DNA of 64,000 nt from Clostridia bacterium (lineage in GTDB: Bacteria; Bacillota; Clostridia; Christensenellales; Aristaeellaceae), in contig JAFXFR010000027.1 of NCBI GenBank assembly GCA_017513475.1, forward strand, positions 9,882-73,881. Direction: 5' to 3'. Of the stretch, positions 16,529 to 23,904 are shown one piece after another. Under the pieces are notes generated by a model. It did no database searches. It was not told the origin of the DNA and worked only from the letters and a program-made list of their open reading frames with translations. A program made the translations under genes and the position numbers. Each line of letters opens with the position of its first letter. The stretch's first letter is position 1.

Positions 16529-17653
16529 ATGAAGTATGATTACCTGATCGTCGGCGCGGGCCTGTTCGGCTGCGTCTTTGCGCGGGAAATGACCGATGCG
16601 GGCAAGAAGTGCCTGGTCATCGATCGCCGCGACCATATCGGCGGCAATGTGTACTGCGCGGACATCGAGGGCGTGTGCGTCCACCGCTACGGCGCGCATA
16701 TCTTCCACACCGCCGACGAGGAGGTCTGGCAGTACGCACAGCGCTTCGTGACCTTCAACAACTACGTGAACTCCCCCATGGCCCGCATCGGGGATGAGAT
16801 CTACAATATGCCCTTCAACATGAACACCTTCTCGAAGCTGTGGGGTGTGAAGACCCCCGCCGAGGCCATGGCGAAGATCGCTGAGCAGACCGCGCCCTAC
16901 AAGGACATCGAGCCCGCCAACCTGGAGGAGCAGGCCCTGAAGCTCGTGGGCCGCGACATCTACGAGAAGCTGGTCAAGTCCTATACAGAGAAGCAGTGGG
17001 GCCGCAAGTGCACCGAGCTCCCGGCGTTCATCATCCGCCGATTGCCCCTGCGCTTCACCTATGACAACAACTACTTCACCCACCCCCATCAGGGCATCCC
17101 GGTGGAGGGCTACAACGCCCTGGCCGAGAAGCTCCTGGCCGGCAGTGACGTCAAGACCGGCGTGGAGTACCGCACCTTCATCGCGGAGAATCCCGACATC
17201 GCCGAAAAGACCGTCTACACCGGCGCCATCGACGAATTCTTCGATTACCAGCTGGGCCACCTGCAGTACCGCACCGTCCGCTTTGAGGATGAAATCATCG
17301 ACACCCCGAACTGGCAGGGCGTGGCCGTGGTCAACTACACCGGCGACAGCGAGGCCTTCACCCGCATCATCGAGCACAAACACTTTACCTTCATGCAGGG
17401 CCAGAACCCGTCGAAGACCGTCATCAGCCGCGAGTACCCCACCGAGTGGACCCCCGGCATGGAGCCTTACTACCCCGTGAACGACGAGCGCAACTCCGCG
17501 CTGTTCCAGCAGTACCAGGAACTGGCCAAGACCCGCCCCGATGTGATCTTCGGCGGCCGCCTGGGCAACTACCGCTACTACGACATGGATCAGGTCATCC
17601 GCGCCGCGCTGGATGCGGTGAAGGCCGAGAAAACTCCCTCAGTCATCGCCTAA
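16529..17653 (+). CDS. glf: UDP-galactopyranose mutase
   Basis: YDYLIVGAGLFG FAD-binding motif plus GGNVY and YGAHIFHT blocks, with resemblance throughout. ATG 16529 lies 10 nt after GGAGG; the tracked start at 16520 is a TTG. Confidence 0.9.
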   Translation: MKYDYLIVGAGLFGCVFAREMTDAGKKCLVIDRRDHIGGNVYCADIEGVCVHRYGAHIFHTADEEVWQYAQRFVTFNNYVNSPMARIGDEIYNMPFNMNTFSKLWGVKTPAEAMAKIAEQTAPYKDIEPANLEEQALKLVGRDIYEKLVKSYTEKQWGRKCTELPAFIIRRLPLRFTYDNNYFTHPHQGIPVEGYNALAEKLLAGSDVKTGVEYRTFIAENPDIAEKTVYTGAIDEFFDYQLGHLQYRTVRFEDEIIDTPNWQGVAVVNYTGDSEAFTRIIEHKHFTFMQGQNPSKTVISREYPTEWTPGMEPYYPVNDERNSALFQQYQELAKTRPDVIFGGRLGNYRYYDMDQVIRAALDAVKAEKTPSVIA

Positions 17654-18075
17654 AGGCGATGCCAGCTCCCTCGCCCGGAGCCCGGGTGGCGGGAGGGAGC
17701 CTTTTGGCCCGAGCATATCCCGTACCCCTCCGCAGGAGGGGGCCGCCTCTCACTACTATGCAAGTGAAGACGAGGCAGCGCGACGCGACGACTCTGTGAA
17801 CGCCGCACAAGCCGGACTCAAGTCAACTTGCGCGTTCACAGATCCGAGCCAAAGCTCGCCCAACCCAAACGCCAATCCCGTGCAAGCCGGCAGCCCGGCC
17901 GATGAGCGGCCGGACGCACACCCCCACGTGCGCATTCAGCCGCACGCGAGCGCAACGCCAAAGGAACAACGAGCCACGATCGCGAAATGGGTTTCGAAAG
18001 GGTCGAAGACCCTTCGCGGGTGGAGGGCAGCGCCCTCCCCACCGGAGGTCGTAGCCCGACTGGCCCCCCCACGCA
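17654..18075 (+). repeat. Array of short GC-rich stem-loops filling the glf / GT2 intergenic region
   Basis: Hairpins or palindromes at 17644-17661, 17664-17700, 17725-17741, 17794-17841, 17895-17913, 17927-17946, 17995-18016 and 18018-18043. Confidence 0.7.
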
Positions 18076-18090
18076 CAGGAGGAAACACAC

Positions 18091-19104
18091 ATGAAGCTGC
18101 TTTCCGTTGCCATCCCCAGCTATAATTCGTCCGCGTATATGCGGCATTGCATCGAAACCCTGATGACCGGCGGCGATGAGGTCGAGATCCTCATCGTCAA
18201 TGACGGCTCCACCAAGGATAATACCGCCGAGATCGCCGATGAGTATGCCGCGAAGTACCCAGGGCAGTGCGTCGCCGTCCATAAGGAGAACGGCGGCCAT
18301 GGCGATGCGGTCATGCATGGCCTGATGAACGCCACCGGCCTGTACTTCAAGGTGGTCGATTCCGATGACTGGGTGGACGAAGAGGCCCTCAAGAAGGTGC
18401 TGGACTTCCTGCGCGCCCACAAGGATGACGGCCTGGATATGCTCGTGGCGAACTACGTCTACGAGAAGGAGGGCGCGGCCCACAAGCATGTCGTGCGCTT
18501 CCCCAAGGCGCTGCCGGAAGGCAAGATCATCACCTGGGACGAGATCGGCCGCTTCGGCTATGGTCAGTACATGCTGATGCATACGCTGATCTACCGCCGC
18601 CAGCTGCTGCTGGACTGCGGGCTCACCCTGCCCAAGAAGACCTTCTACGTGGATAACCTCTACGCCTACAAGCCCCTCACCCATGTCAAGACCCTGGCGT
18701 ACCTGAACGTCGATCTGTACCGCTACTTCATCGGCCGCGACGACCAGAGCGTCAACGAGAAGGTCATGATCAGCCGCATTGACCAGCAAATTCGAGTAAA
18801 CAAGATGATGATCGCCGTCACGCCGCTGAGCAAGATCGAGAACGTGAAGCAGCGCAAGTACATGCGCAACTTCCTGGAAATTGTGACCTGCGTCAGCTCC
18901 ATCCTGTGCGTGAAGAGCGGCACGGAGGAGAATCTGGCCAAGAAGAAGCAGCTCTGGGCGGACATCAAGGCCGAAAACCCTGAGCTGTACAAGATCCTGC
19001 GCCGCCGTCCCCTGGGCATCGCGCTGCACCTGCCGGGTAAGGCGGGCCGCGCCATCATGATCTGGGGCTACAGCGTGGCCCAGAAGATCTTCGGCTTCAA
19101 CTGA
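18091..19104 (+). CDS. Family 2 glycosyltransferase
   Basis: SVAIPSYNS, VNDGSTKDN and VDSDDW motifs of GT2 (GT-A fold). AGGAGGAA RBS. Confidence 0.8.
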   Translation: MKLLSVAIPSYNSSAYMRHCIETLMTGGDEVEILIVNDGSTKDNTAEIADEYAAKYPGQCVAVHKENGGHGDAVMHGLMNATGLYFKVVDSDDWVDEEALKKVLDFLRAHKDDGLDMLVANYVYEKEGAAHKHVVRFPKALPEGKIITWDEIGRFGYGQYMLMHTLIYRRQLLLDCGLTLPKKTFYVDNLYAYKPLTHVKTLAYLNVDLYRYFIGRDDQSVNEKVMISRIDQQIRVNKMMIAVTPLSKIENVKQRKYMRNFLEIVTCVSSILCVKSGTEENLAKKKQLWADIKAENPELYKILRRRPLGIALHLPGKAGRAIMIWGYSVAQKIFGFN

Positions 19105-19110
19105 TGTTCC

Positions 19111-19142
19111 CATCCCTCGCAATCGCGGGGGATGTTTTGTTT
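19111..19142 (+). terminator. Terminator after the GT2 gene
   Basis: CATCCCTCGC-AAT-CGCGGGGGATG followed by TTTTGTTT. Confidence 0.7.
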
Positions 19143-19171
19143 GCGGCAGATGTAAAACTTCCGCAAATGCA

Positions 19172-19200
19172 TTGACGCAGCGCCATCCATCTGTCATAAT
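19172..19200 (+). promoter_or_regulatory. Sigma-A-type promoter for the 19231 gene
   Basis: TTGACG-17 nt-CATAAT. Confidence 0.5.
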
Positions 19201-19230
19201 GGATACGAATAACCGAAAGGACGTGAATCA

Positions 19231-19680
19231 ATGAAACGTTATGTTGTGATGGCCATTGTCGCGCTGGCGCTGGTGGCGGCGATCCTGCTGGGCGCGATGC
19301 TGCTGAAGAAGGATGAAGCTGCGGACGCTCCGGATTGTCTGAACGGCTTTATGAAGGGCTGGTCCATCAATTATATCGATAACATGCTTTCTTCCTGCGC
19401 GCCCTCCTGGAAGGCGCAGCAGAGAAACCCGGAGCTGCGGATCTTCCAGCTGATGGCCAACCGTACGGCCAACGCATGGTTCATCGGCAAGCCTGAGCAG
19501 GATGGTGACGCCCTCGTTTACCCGGTGGATGTGCAGCTGCGGCACAACAACATCCTGCAGGAGGGCTGGCAGCGCTTCAGCCTGCGGGTGGTGACGGAAA
19601 ACGGCAGGCAGTACGTCATCCCTGAGGGAATTGCGGCGGGCGAGCCGGTCAAGGCCCCAAAGAACTATGTGACGAAGTGA
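19231..19680 (+). CDS. Hypothetical membrane-anchored protein (149 aa)
   Basis: N-terminal TM helix. Promoter TTGACG-17-CATAAT upstream and a terminator downstream. Confidence 0.45.
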   Translation: MKRYVVMAIVALALVAAILLGAMLLKKDEAADAPDCLNGFMKGWSINYIDNMLSSCAPSWKAQQRNPELRIFQLMANRTANAWFIGKPEQDGDALVYPVDVQLRHNNILQEGWQRFSLRVVTENGRQYVIPEGIAAGEPVKAPKNYVTK

Positions 19681-19690
19681 AGGCCCTCAT

Positions 19691-19721
19691 GCCCGGAGAA
19701 CGCCTTCTCCGGGCCTTTCTC
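19691..19721 (+). terminator. Terminator after the 19231 gene
   Basis: GCCCGGAGAA-CGCC-TTCTCCGGGC followed by CTTTCT. Confidence 0.65.
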
Positions 19722-19755
19722 ATGCTCCGGACGCAGGAATTTCCTCATTTCGCCC

Positions 19756-19784
19756 CTTCCATTTCCGCGTGATCTATGATATAC
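19756..19784 (+). promoter_or_regulatory. Promoter for the ABC-F gene; implies a 5' leader of about 150 nt
   Basis: TTCCAT-17 nt-TATACT. Confidence 0.4.
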
Positions 19785-19876
19785 TAACCTTGTATGTGCC
19801 TATGCAAATAACGGCCTGAACCGAGGTCGGGCATTTGCCCGACTAACGCCGGTCATTAAGCGGGTCGAAGACCCCA

Positions 19877-19912
19877 ATGACCAAGTGTAGCCAGCGCTGC
19901 CAAGGGCAGTGA
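19877..19912 (+). promoter_or_regulatory. Candidate 11-codon leader ORF (MTKCSQRCQGQ) in the ABC-F 5' leader
   Basis: The ATG lies 3 nt after a copy of the GGGTCGAAGACCC motif. The TGA stop overlaps an ATG (TGATG) that is in frame with the ABC-F ORF. Confidence 0.3.
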
Positions 19913-19941
19913 TGGCCGAGAGATATAAAGGAGTACAGCCC

Positions 19942-21540
19942 ATGGTTACAGTCAGCAATGTTTCCCTGACCTTCGGCGGTCAGAAGCTTTTCGCGGGTGC
20001 GGACCTGAAGTTCATGCCCGGCAACTGCTACGGCGTCATCGGCGCCAACGGTGCGGGCAAGTCTACCTTCCTGCGCATCCTCTCCGGCGAGCTGGAGCCC
20101 ACCACCGGCTCCGTCACCTACCCTGCCGATCAGCGTATGTCCACCCTGAAGCAGGATCAGTTCAAGTACGACGCCTACACGGTGCTGGACACCGTCATCA
20201 TGGGCAACCAGCGCCTGTACGACATCATGCAGGAGAAGGACGCCCTGTACGCCAAGCCTGATTTCTCCGACGCGGACGGCGAGCGCGCTGCCGAGCTGGA
20301 GGGCGAATTCGCCGAGATGGACGGCTGGAACGCCGAGTCCGACGCGGCCACCCTGCTGACCGGCCTGGGTATCCCCGCTGAGATGCATTACAGCATCATG
20401 GGCGACCTGAAGGGCGGCGAAAAGGTGAAGGTGCTGCTGGCTCAGGCCCTGTTTGGCAACCCCGACATCCTGCTGCTGGACGAGCCCACCAACAACCTGG
20501 ACAACAAGTCCGTTGCCTGGCTGGAGGACTTCCTGATGGAGTTCCCCGGCACGCTGATCGTCGTCTCCCATGACCGCTGGTTCCTGAATAACATCTGCAC
20601 CCACATCGTCGATATCGACTTCAACCAGGTCAAGCTGTACGTGGGCAACTACGACTTCTGGTACGAGTCCTCCAAGATGATGCAGGCCCTGATGAAGGAC
20701 CAGAAGAAGCGCCGCGACGACAAGATCAAGGAGCTGCGCGACTTCATCCAGCGCTTCAGCGCGAACAAGTCCAAGGCCAAGCAGGCGACCTCCCGCCGCA
20801 AGCTGCTGGATCAGCTGACCATCGAGCAGATGCCCGCGTCCTCCCGCCGCTACCCCTGGGTGCACTTCAATCCCGACCGCGAGGCCGGCAAGGACATCCT
20901 GAACGTGCAGAACATCAGCTACACCCAGGACGGTGTGCAGCTGCTGAAGGATGTTTCCTTCCTGGTGACCAAGGGCCAGAAGATCGCCATCGTCGGCTCC
21001 AACGAGCAGGCGCAGACCGCCCTGTTCAAGATCCTCAACGAGGAGATCCAGCCCGATACCGGCACCATCAAGTACGGCGTGACGATTTCGACCTCCTACT
21101 TCCCCAAGGATAACAGCGCCTTCTTCGACGGCTGCCCGCTGAACATGATCGACTGGTTCGCCCAGTACTGCCCGGACATGCTCGAATCCGAGAAGCGCGA
21201 CCTGCTGGGCCGCATGCTCTTCCGCGGCGACGACGTGTACAAGATGGTCAATGTCCTCTCCGGCGGCGAAAAGGTGCGCTGCATGCTCTCCCGCATGATG
21301 CTTTCCGGCGCGAACTTCCTCATGCTGGATCAGCCCACCAACCACCTGGACCTGGAGTCCATCACCGCGGTCAACAACGCGCTGATCAACTTCCCCGGAA
21401 ACGTGATCTTCACCAGCCAGGACCATCAGTTCGTGACCACCATCGCCGACCGCATCATTGAGATCAAGGAGGACGGCACCATCGCCGACTACCTGTGCAG
21501 CTATGAGGATTACCTCGAGCGCATCAAGAACGAGCGGTAA
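19942..21540 (+). CDS. ABC-F family ATPase (YbiT-like) with a degenerate second ATP site
   Basis: Two ABC cassettes joined by a basic linker, with no TM domain. NBD1 is canonical (GANGAGKST, LLLDEPTNNLD). NBD2 has GSNEQAQT, LMLDQPTNHLD and SQDH. AAAGGAG RBS precedes ATG 19942 (MVTVSNVSLTFG). Confidence 0.85.
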   Translation: MVTVSNVSLTFGGQKLFAGADLKFMPGNCYGVIGANGAGKSTFLRILSGELEPTTGSVTYPADQRMSTLKQDQFKYDAYTVLDTVIMGNQRLYDIMQEKDALYAKPDFSDADGERAAELEGEFAEMDGWNAESDAATLLTGLGIPAEMHYSIMGDLKGGEKVKVLLAQALFGNPDILLLDEPTNNLDNKSVAWLEDFLMEFPGTLIVVSHDRWFLNNICTHIVDIDFNQVKLYVGNYDFWYESSKMMQALMKDQKKRRDDKIKELRDFIQRFSANKSKAKQATSRRKLLDQLTIEQMPASSRRYPWVHFNPDREAGKDILNVQNISYTQDGVQLLKDVSFLVTKGQKIAIVGSNEQAQTALFKILNEEIQPDTGTIKYGVTISTSYFPKDNSAFFDGCPLNMIDWFAQYCPDMLESEKRDLLGRMLFRGDDVYKMVNVLSGGEKVRCMLSRMMLSGANFLMLDQPTNHLDLESITAVNNALINFPGNVIFTSQDHQFVTTIADRIIEIKEDGTIADYLCSYEDYLERIKNER

Positions 21541-21553
21541 TTGCGCAATAAGC

Positions 21554-21584
21554 AAGGGCTCTCCCATTCGGGAGAGCCCTTTTG
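21554..21584. terminator. Bidirectional terminator (ABC-F / comEC convergent)
   Basis: AAGGGCTCTCCC-ATTC-GGGAGAGCCCTT followed by TTG. Confidence 0.8.
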
Positions 21585-21600
21585 CGTGGGTGCATTGGCT

Positions 21601-23886
21601 TTATTCCTTCACCGTCTCCACTGTAAACTCCCCATCCCCGAGGAAGCGGATGATGATCCCGCCGTGCTGCCGGGTGCTGTAGAAGGGAATGTCACCGGCG
21701 AGCTCCTTTGCGTGCAGCTCGCGGCTTTCCAGGCGGTTACTCTGGAGCAGGATCTGCGGAGCGGCGGCAGTCAGCAGCTCCGGCGTACAGGAGAGCTTGC
21801 TGCCGTGATGGGGAAGCTTCAGGATGTCGGCGGGCAGGACGGCATAGGGAATGTAATCGCTGGGCAGATCGCCGGGGAGGAGCATCGTTACCCCGGCGAT
21901 ATCTGCCAGCAGGACGAGGTTCACGTCATTGGCGTCGTGGGGCGGGAAGACACGGCCCTGTTCCGGCCAGAGCACGGTCAGGCAGCCGCTGGGCAAGGGC
22001 AGCACATCGCCCCGGGCGAGATAGCGGATCTCCGTGCCGGATTGGCGGAGCGCATCGATCACCGGCAGAACTTCCTCGTCGATCATGGGCGTTTCTGCGC
22101 CCCAGGGCAGATAGCAGACGGCTACGGGAACGCCGTTGTCCAGCAGGGCCTGCGCACCGCTGCCGTGATCGGTGTGCAGGTGGGTGATGATCAGGACTTC
22201 CACGGATTGCCTGCGCTGATGCAGGTAATTGGCGACGGCGCACCCGTCCTCGCCGGAATCGATCACCACGGTGACGTCCTTGTCCTGCAGGACTGCACCG
22301 TCCCCGTTGCCCACGCTGAACTGGGTATAGGTGACGGCGTGTTGCGGCAGAGGCAGCAGGATCAGGGCGGTCAGCACACACCCCAGAAGCAGGAGCGTTC
22401 GGCGATGACGCTGCAGCTTGCGGGGAACCATCCCGGACAGGCCGAAGAGCAGCAGCGTCCACCCCACAAGGGTAAACAGATCTGCCTGGCGCGTCCACAG
22501 GATGGTGCCGCCCAGGCCGGACAGCCGGCGAACTGCCGTCAGCAGAAGCTGCGTCGCACCGTCGGCCAGGAAGCCCATGGCTGTGCTGACGCCCGGGAAG
22601 GGCAGCGCAGCCAGCGTCATCCAGTAAAGGGTGATGAGTGCGCCGGCCAGAGCGGCAATGCCTATATTCAGAGGGACGGAGAGCAGCGGTAGCTCGCCGA
22701 ACCAGTACAGCTGGGGCGCCAGTACGCCGATCTGGGCCCCCAGTGCGGCGGAAAAGGCGTTCCATACACGCTGCGCGAGCCTGCTTTTGAAGCTGAACCG
22801 GCGGCTGAGCCATGGGTGGATCAGAATCAGCCCCAGCATGGCGCCGTAGGTCAGCTGGAAGGACGCGCTGGTGAGCTGCACCGGGTTGAAGATCAGCTGC
22901 AGCAGGGCTGTAATGCACAGAAGATGCACGGGCAGCAGCTGCCGGTGCCGCAGCCTGGCGTATTCCCGCCACAGCAGCAGCGCTACAGCTCTCACCACAG
23001 GCGCCTTGCCGCCCACCAGCAGGCAGTATCCGCCCAGCAGCAGCGTCTCGGCGGCCAGCCGCCAGCCCGGACGCAGGGGGAGGGGCTTCATCAGCAGGAG
23101 CAGCAGCCCGGCCAGCACGCCTGCGTGGAAGCCGGAGATACTCAGGATATGGGCGATGCCCAGCTCATGGAAGGCGGCGCGCTCATCCTCGGGGATGAAA
23201 TCCCCGGTCCCCAGCAGCATTGCGGCAGCGTAACCGCCGCTGTCCTCGCCCATGACGGCCATCAGGCGCAGACTCAGATCATGCCGCAGACCGGCCGTAC
23301 AGCCTGCCAGGGAGAAATGCTGCTCGGCAGGGGAGAGGCCGTCCCGGCCGAACAGCCCGATATGAACGCCGCGCTGCAGCAGGTATTCGCGGAAATCGAA
23401 GCCGCCGGGGTTTTCTGCGCCGGAGGGATGATACACCCGGGCGGTCAGCTCCACCTGTGCACCGGGCACAAGCCAGTCCGGCGGGAGCTCCTCCTCTGCC
23501 AGGTAGAAGGTCCAGTAGGCGTCCGGCCCAGGCGTACCGTTGAGCGTCACGTCGGCAAGGATGGTCTGCACCTGTCCGCCTTCTTCCCAGACCACTGTCT
23601 GGGCCACAGTGCCGCGGATGAGGTAATCGCCCTCCGGCGGCAGCGTGGGATGATAGCCGAACCAGCCGGCGCCTGTGCCCAGGGTTGCCGCGGCCAGCAT
23701 GATGACCCCGGCGCGCCGCCATGTCTGCGCAATGGAGGCCGCCAGGAGCGTCAGCAGCAGAAGCACCAGTGCCGGAAAAAGGCTGTCGGCAATTCTTCCA
23801 AGCAGGATACCGCACATAAAGAACAGCGTCCCCAACGGAAGCTGCCATGCTTCATGCATGAACCTGCTCCGGGTGACGCTGATCAT
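21601..23886 (-). CDS. comEC: DNA internalization competence protein ComEC/Rec2
   Basis: 761 aa. Polytopic competence domain followed by a C-terminal MBL domain (LIITHLHTDHGSG ... LKLPHHGS). Confidence 0.85.
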   Translation of the reverse strand: MISVTRSRFMHEAWQLPLGTLFFMCGILLGRIADSLFPALVLLLLTLLAASIAQTWRRAGVIMLAAATLGTGAGWFGYHPTLPPEGDYLIRGTVAQTVVWEEGGQVQTILADVTLNGTPGPDAYWTFYLAEEELPPDWLVPGAQVELTARVYHPSGAENPGGFDFREYLLQRGVHIGLFGRDGLSPAEQHFSLAGCTAGLRHDLSLRLMAVMGEDSGGYAAAMLLGTGDFIPEDERAAFHELGIAHILSISGFHAGVLAGLLLLLMKPLPLRPGWRLAAETLLLGGYCLLVGGKAPVVRAVALLLWREYARLRHRQLLPVHLLCITALLQLIFNPVQLTSASFQLTYGAMLGLILIHPWLSRRFSFKSRLAQRVWNAFSAALGAQIGVLAPQLYWFGELPLLSVPLNIGIAALAGALITLYWMTLAALPFPGVSTAMGFLADGATQLLLTAVRRLSGLGGTILWTRQADLFTLVGWTLLLFGLSGMVPRKLQRHRRTLLLLGCVLTALILLPLPQHAVTYTQFSVGNGDGAVLQDKDVTVVIDSGEDGCAVANYLHQRRQSVEVLIITHLHTDHGSGAQALLDNGVPVAVCYLPWGAETPMIDEEVLPVIDALRQSGTEIRYLARGDVLPLPSGCLTVLWPEQGRVFPPHDANDVNLVLLADIAGVTMLLPGDLPSDYIPYAVLPADILKLPHHGSKLSCTPELLTAAAPQILLQSNRLESRELHAKELAGDIPFYSTRQHGGIIIRFLGDGEFTVETVKE

Positions 23887-23904
23887 CAGGGAGTCCTCTT
23901 TCGC

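Noticed and set aside
17796-18125. ORFs of 96-133 aa inside the long intergenic arrays: 17796..18125 (+), 17823..18113 (-), 30682..31083 (-) and 30443..30859 (-).
   Set aside because: They have no RBS and give Pro/Arg/Gly/Ala-rich low-complexity translations. They overlap each other on both strands. The DNA is better explained as tandem hairpins, and both strands are open only because the sequence is GC-rich.
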